From positions 77,265 through 141,264 of the forward strand of contig JAFLUH010000001.1 in the NCBI GenBank assembly GCA_022508895.1: a stretch of 64,000 bases of DNA, in the 5' to 3' direction. Numbering within the stretch: position 1 is the first letter of the stretch; every line of letters starts with the position of its first letter. This document shows, piece by piece, positions 60,405 through 64,000 of this stretch. The stretch is from Oscillospiraceae bacterium (GTDB lineage: Bacteria > Bacillota > Clostridia > Oscillospirales > Ruminococcaceae). The notes beneath the pieces are model-generated. The model made no database searches. It saw only the letters and a list, made by a program, of their open reading frames with translations, and was not told where the DNA came from. Made by a program: the position numbers and the translations under genes.

Positions 60405-61622
60405 ATGAAAAAAAATGATTTGCTTACTCCGGAAGGAACGCGAGACCTGTTATTTGATGAGAGCGTTGCAAGGCGTACCGTTGAGGACAAGCTCCGCCGA
60501 ATGTTTGAAGCTTACGGCTATTCCGAGGTAATAACTCCGGGGCTGGAATTTTACGACGTATTCACACTGAAAACACGTTATTTTGCTCAGGAAAGTATGT
60601 ACAAGCTGTCCGATGCAAAAAGCAGGCTTATGGTCCTGCGCCCCGATTCCACAATGCCTATCGCAAGGCTTGCCGCTACAAGACTGAAGGATGAGACATA
60701 TCCGCTGAAATTATTCTACAATCAGAATATTTTCAGGATAAACCCCAAAAACAGCGGAAGAGACGATGAAATTACACAAAGCGGGATAGAGATAATCGGC
60801 GGCGACCCCAAGCGCGCGGATATGGAAGCTCTTAATCTGGCAACTGAGGTACTGAAAGCCTGTGCAGTTGACGATTTTCGCATTGAGATCGGAGACAACG
60901 CTTTTTTCAAGGCTCTCATTTCAAATGTCACCGCAGACGATGATGAGATCGAGGAAATACGCAGTTACATAGAAAATAAAAATTTCCCCGAGCTGAAATC
61001 GGCATTGAAGAAATATCCAAAAAGCGATGAAACAATGGCACTTGAGGCACTTCCCGGATTGTTCGGAGGAGCAGAGGTGTTCGATAAAGCTGAAGCTTTT
61101 TTAAAGGGCACTGATATACTCTCTATTCTCAATGAATTAAAGCAGGTATACAAATATTTATCTGTTTTGGGAGTAAGTGATAAGATAACCATTGATTTAG
61201 GTCTGGTAAATAAAGCTAATTATTACACAGGTATCGTTTTCAGAGGATATATTCAAGGCTACGGTATGTCCGTTTTATCGGGCGGCAGATATGACACACT
61301 TATAGGAGATTTTGGTCTGAACTTGCCTGCTACAGGCTTTGCAGTGAATATAAACGCTGCGGCAAAAGCCTTTCTGAAAAGCAACACCGAACCTTTGACA
61401 AATCCTGTACAGGTCTTGGTATATTCAGATAAGGATTCTCTTGAAGCAGGATTCATTCACTGCAGGAACTTAATTGCAGACGGGATACGGGCGGAAAACT
61501 CTTTGCATGATTCTCTTGAAGAAGCTAAGGAATATGCCCGCAGAAAGAGAATTGCAAAGATAGAGATAGTGGATAAAAACAAAAAAATTACCGAAATAAA
61601 TCCGTTGAATGAGGGATCGTGA
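60405..61622 (+). CDS. hisZ: ATP phosphoribosyltransferase regulatory subunit
   Basis: TPEGTRD, LRPDSTMPIAR, QSGIEIIG, YYTGIVF, GGRYDTL. Confidence 0.95.
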   Translation: MKKNDLLTPEGTRDLLFDESVARRTVEDKLRRMFEAYGYSEVITPGLEFYDVFTLKTRYFAQESMYKLSDAKSRLMVLRPDSTMPIARLAATRLKDETYPLKLFYNQNIFRINPKNSGRDDEITQSGIEIIGGDPKRADMEALNLATEVLKACAVDDFRIEIGDNAFFKALISNVTADDDEIEEIRSYIENKNFPELKSALKKYPKSDETMALEALPGLFGGAEVFDKAEAFLKGTDILSILNELKQVYKYLSVLGVSDKITIDLGLVNKANYYTGIVFRGYIQGYGMSVLSGGRYDTLIGDFGLNLPATGFAVNINAAAKAFLKSNTEPLTNPVQVLVYSDKDSLEAGFIHCRNLIADGIRAENSLHDSLEEAKEYARRKRIAKIEIVDKNKKITEINPLNEGS

Positions 61623-61623
61623 T

Positions 61624-62265
61624 ATGAGTGAAGATACGATAAGAATAGCTCTTACAAAGGGCAGATTGGAAAGAGATACTGTAAATCTTTTTGAAAGTCT
61701 GAATTTTAACGTAACAGCTTTGAAGGATAAGGGAAGAAAGCTTATACTTCCCATTGAAGGTCAGAATATAGAAGTGGTGCTTGCAAAAGCCGCAGACGTC
61801 ATCACTTATGTGGAACACGGCGTTTGTGATATCGGAGTAGTGGGCAAGGACACTATAATGGAGCATGGCGGGAAATATTTTGAGATAGCCGATCTTGGCT
61901 TCGGAAAGTGCAAATTTGCGCTTGCAGGCAAAAAAGGCCGTGATTTTTATTACGGTTACGGCGTGAAAACCGTTGCTTCAAAATACACAAACGTCACAAG
62001 AGCTTTTTTTGAAAGCAAGGGAATGGACGTTGACATTGTAAAGATAGAGGGCTCGGTGGAATTGGCTCCGCTGCTTGGATTGGCTGACGGTATCGTAGAT
62101 ATAGTGGAAACGGGAACTACATTAAAGGAAAACGGGCTTGAGGTTTACGAGGACATCGCGCAGATATCTGCAAGACTTATTGTAAATACGGTAAGCATGA
62201 AGCTGAAAAAAGATAGGATAGATGCTCTTGTACGACTAATTGATAACAAATTGGGGGAAAACTGA
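61624..62265 (+). CDS. hisG: ATP phosphoribosyltransferase, short form
   Basis: IALTKGR, DIGVVGKD, GSVELAP, DIVETGTTLKENGL; ATG 61624. Confidence 0.97.
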   Translation: MSEDTIRIALTKGRLERDTVNLFESLNFNVTALKDKGRKLILPIEGQNIEVVLAKAADVITYVEHGVCDIGVVGKDTIMEHGGKYFEIADLGFGKCKFALAGKKGRDFYYGYGVKTVASKYTNVTRAFFESKGMDVDIVKIEGSVELAPLLGLADGIVDIVETGTTLKENGLEVYEDIAQISARLIVNTVSMKLKKDRIDALVRLIDNKLGEN

Positions 62266-62266
62266 A

Positions 62267-63562
62267 ATGATAAGAAAGATATACGCAGACGGCAATGAGA
62301 TTGCATTTCTTAAAGAAGTTGAAAAAAGAAGCAGTGAGATAAACGTAAAGGTGGAGGAGACGGTCAGGGAGATAATCGCTGATGTTATTCAGAACGGCGA
62401 TAAAGCTGTCAGAGAATATACCGCTAAATTTGACTGTCCGAATTGTACTTATTATGAGGTACCGAACGAAGTCATAAACCAAGCCTTGACGGACGCAGAT
62501 CCGAAGCTTGTAGACGCACTGCTTAACTGTGTGGAGAATATAACGGCTTTTCACGAGCGTCAGAAACAGAACGGTTTCATTATCACCAACGAAGACGGCT
62601 CAATAATAGGTCAACGTGTGCGTGGACTGGACAGAGTTGGCTTGTATGTTCCAGGAGGCACTGCAGCATATCCCTCATCTGTCCTCATGAACGCTATTCC
62701 TGCTAAAATCGCAGGGGTCAAAGAGATAATCATGGTGACTCCTCCTTTAAAAGACGGTACTCCAAATAAAGATATTCTTTTGGCTGCTGCTCTCTGCGGA
62801 GTTGACCGCATTTTTATGTGCGGCGGCGCTCAGGCGGTAGCGGCACTGGCATACGGTACTGAAATCATTCCAAAGGTATCTAAAATAGTTGGTCCCGGCA
62901 ATATCTATGTAGCTACTGCAAAGAAGATCTTATATGGCGTAGTGGATATAGATATGATAGCGGGTCCCAGTGAAATACTGGTAATTGCAGATCAAACAGC
63001 CAATCCCAAATATGTAGCGGCCGATCTTATGTCACAAGCGGAGCACGATAAGCTTGCCAGCGCCGTCCTTGTTGCCACTGACGAGAACGTGGCAGATGCC
63101 GTTATAGCGGAAATAGAAAGGCAGTCCGCAGCACTTTCCAGAAAAGAGATCATAGATCATTCTCTTGACAATTACGGAGCAGTGATAATCGCTCAGGACA
63201 TGATGCAGGCGTGTGATATAGCTAATATGCTCGCTCCTGAGCACCTCGAAGTTGTGGTTGAGAATCCTCTTGAGTATATTGGAAAATTGGATAATGTAGG
63301 CTCGCTTTTCCTTGGCGAGTATGCACCCGAGCCATTGGGCGATTATTACGCAGGACCAAATCATGTACTTCCTACAGGAGGCACGGCACGGTTCTTTTCA
63401 CCTCTATCAGTTGACAGCTTTATAAAGAAATCAGGCTATATCTACTATACAAAGCAGGCGCTTAACGAGGCTGCAAATGATATTATATTGGTAGCGGAAA
63501 AGGAACAGCTTACCGCTCACGCCAACTCAATAAAGGTGCGTGTCGAAGATATGCGTTCATAG
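62267..63562 (+). CDS. hisD: histidinol dehydrogenase
   Basis: GLYVPGG, GGAQA, GPGNIYV, AGPSE, SQAEHD, APEHL, GPNHVLPT; ATG 62267. Confidence 0.97.
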   Translation: MIRKIYADGNEIAFLKEVEKRSSEINVKVEETVREIIADVIQNGDKAVREYTAKFDCPNCTYYEVPNEVINQALTDADPKLVDALLNCVENITAFHERQKQNGFIITNEDGSIIGQRVRGLDRVGLYVPGGTAAYPSSVLMNAIPAKIAGVKEIIMVTPPLKDGTPNKDILLAAALCGVDRIFMCGGAQAVAALAYGTEIIPKVSKIVGPGNIYVATAKKILYGVVDIDMIAGPSEILVIADQTANPKYVAADLMSQAEHDKLASAVLVATDENVADAVIAEIERQSAALSRKEIIDHSLDNYGAVIIAQDMMQACDIANMLAPEHLEVVVENPLEYIGKLDNVGSLFLGEYAPEPLGDYYAGPNHVLPTGGTARFFSPLSVDSFIKKSGYIYYTKQALNEAANDIILVAEKEQLTAHANSIKVRVEDMRS

Positions 63563-63574
63563 AGGACATATTAT

Positions 63575-64000
63575 ATGTACAAATTTACTGAAAAACTGGA
63601 GAAAATGGAGCCTTATGATCCTATACAGGGAGAATATGAAATAAGGCTGGATGCAAATGAAAGTTTTATAAAAACCGATTATGAAAGCATTATACAAGGA
63701 TTGAAAAGCGTCGATCTTAACCGATATCCTGACCCCTATGCAAAAAAGCTGATACAGACCTATAGTGATCTTTATGGCATTGATAAAGATTCAGTAACCG
63801 CAGGAAACGGCTCCGATGAGCTTATCAGCATTATCACAGCTTGCTTTCTGCAAAAAAAAGATAAGGTGTTATGTTTTTCACCAGACTTCTCCATGTATGC
63901 GTTTTACTCTGCTCTGTATGAGTTGGAGGTGATCGTCGCTCCAAAAAGAAATGATCTGACAATAGATGTTGACGGGACGATAGACAAAATCAACTCCGAG
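63575..64000 (+). CDS. hisC: histidinol-phosphate aminotransferase (partial, runs off window end)
   Basis: read by hand (absent from ORF track): MYKF...RLDANES...LNRYPDP...GNGSDELI...PDFSMY. Confidence 0.92.
   Translation, partial: MYKFTEKLEKMEPYDPIQGEYEIRLDANESFIKTDYESIIQGLKSVDLNRYPDPYAKKLIQTYSDLYGIDKDSVTAGNGSDELISIITACFLQKKDKVLCFSPDFSMYAFYSALYELEVIVAPKRNDLTIDVDGTIDKINSE

Overview
Mostly core chromosome of a spore-forming Clostridia bacterium (probably Ruminococcaceae/Oscillospiraceae-like; inferred from spoIIGA-sigE-sigG, spoVB, polC and DnaD/DnaC-type genes). Gene blocks: rpsF-ssb-rpsR; tyrA; spoIIG/sigG; spoVB; ruvCAB; glmM; ECF transporter-truA; DUF5711-like/CvpA/ClpE-like; purine salvage; cca-mreB-yihY-GH59; flavin reductase/AlkZ-like/DUF362; dnaD-dnaC; an orphan paralog pair; manA-ROK-ilvD-radC-uvrB-uvrA; hom-pyrH-frr-uppS-cdsA-dxr-rseP-ispG-polC; hisZGD and partial hisC. 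I found no rRNA, tRNA, CRISPR array, transposase or prophage. The standout non-coding signal is a 106-107 bp element present three times: a tandem pair at 5153-5371 upstream of spoIIGA and one copy at 48250-48362 upstream of hom. The two loci are about 80% identical without gaps. Every unit sits directly behind a sigma-A -10 box, is bounded by TATAAT on both sides, has a hairpin with compensatory base changes, and ends in a new extended -10 (TGnTATAAT). It looks like a miniature element that inserts into promoters. All alignments and motif calls were made by eye; no database searches were run.
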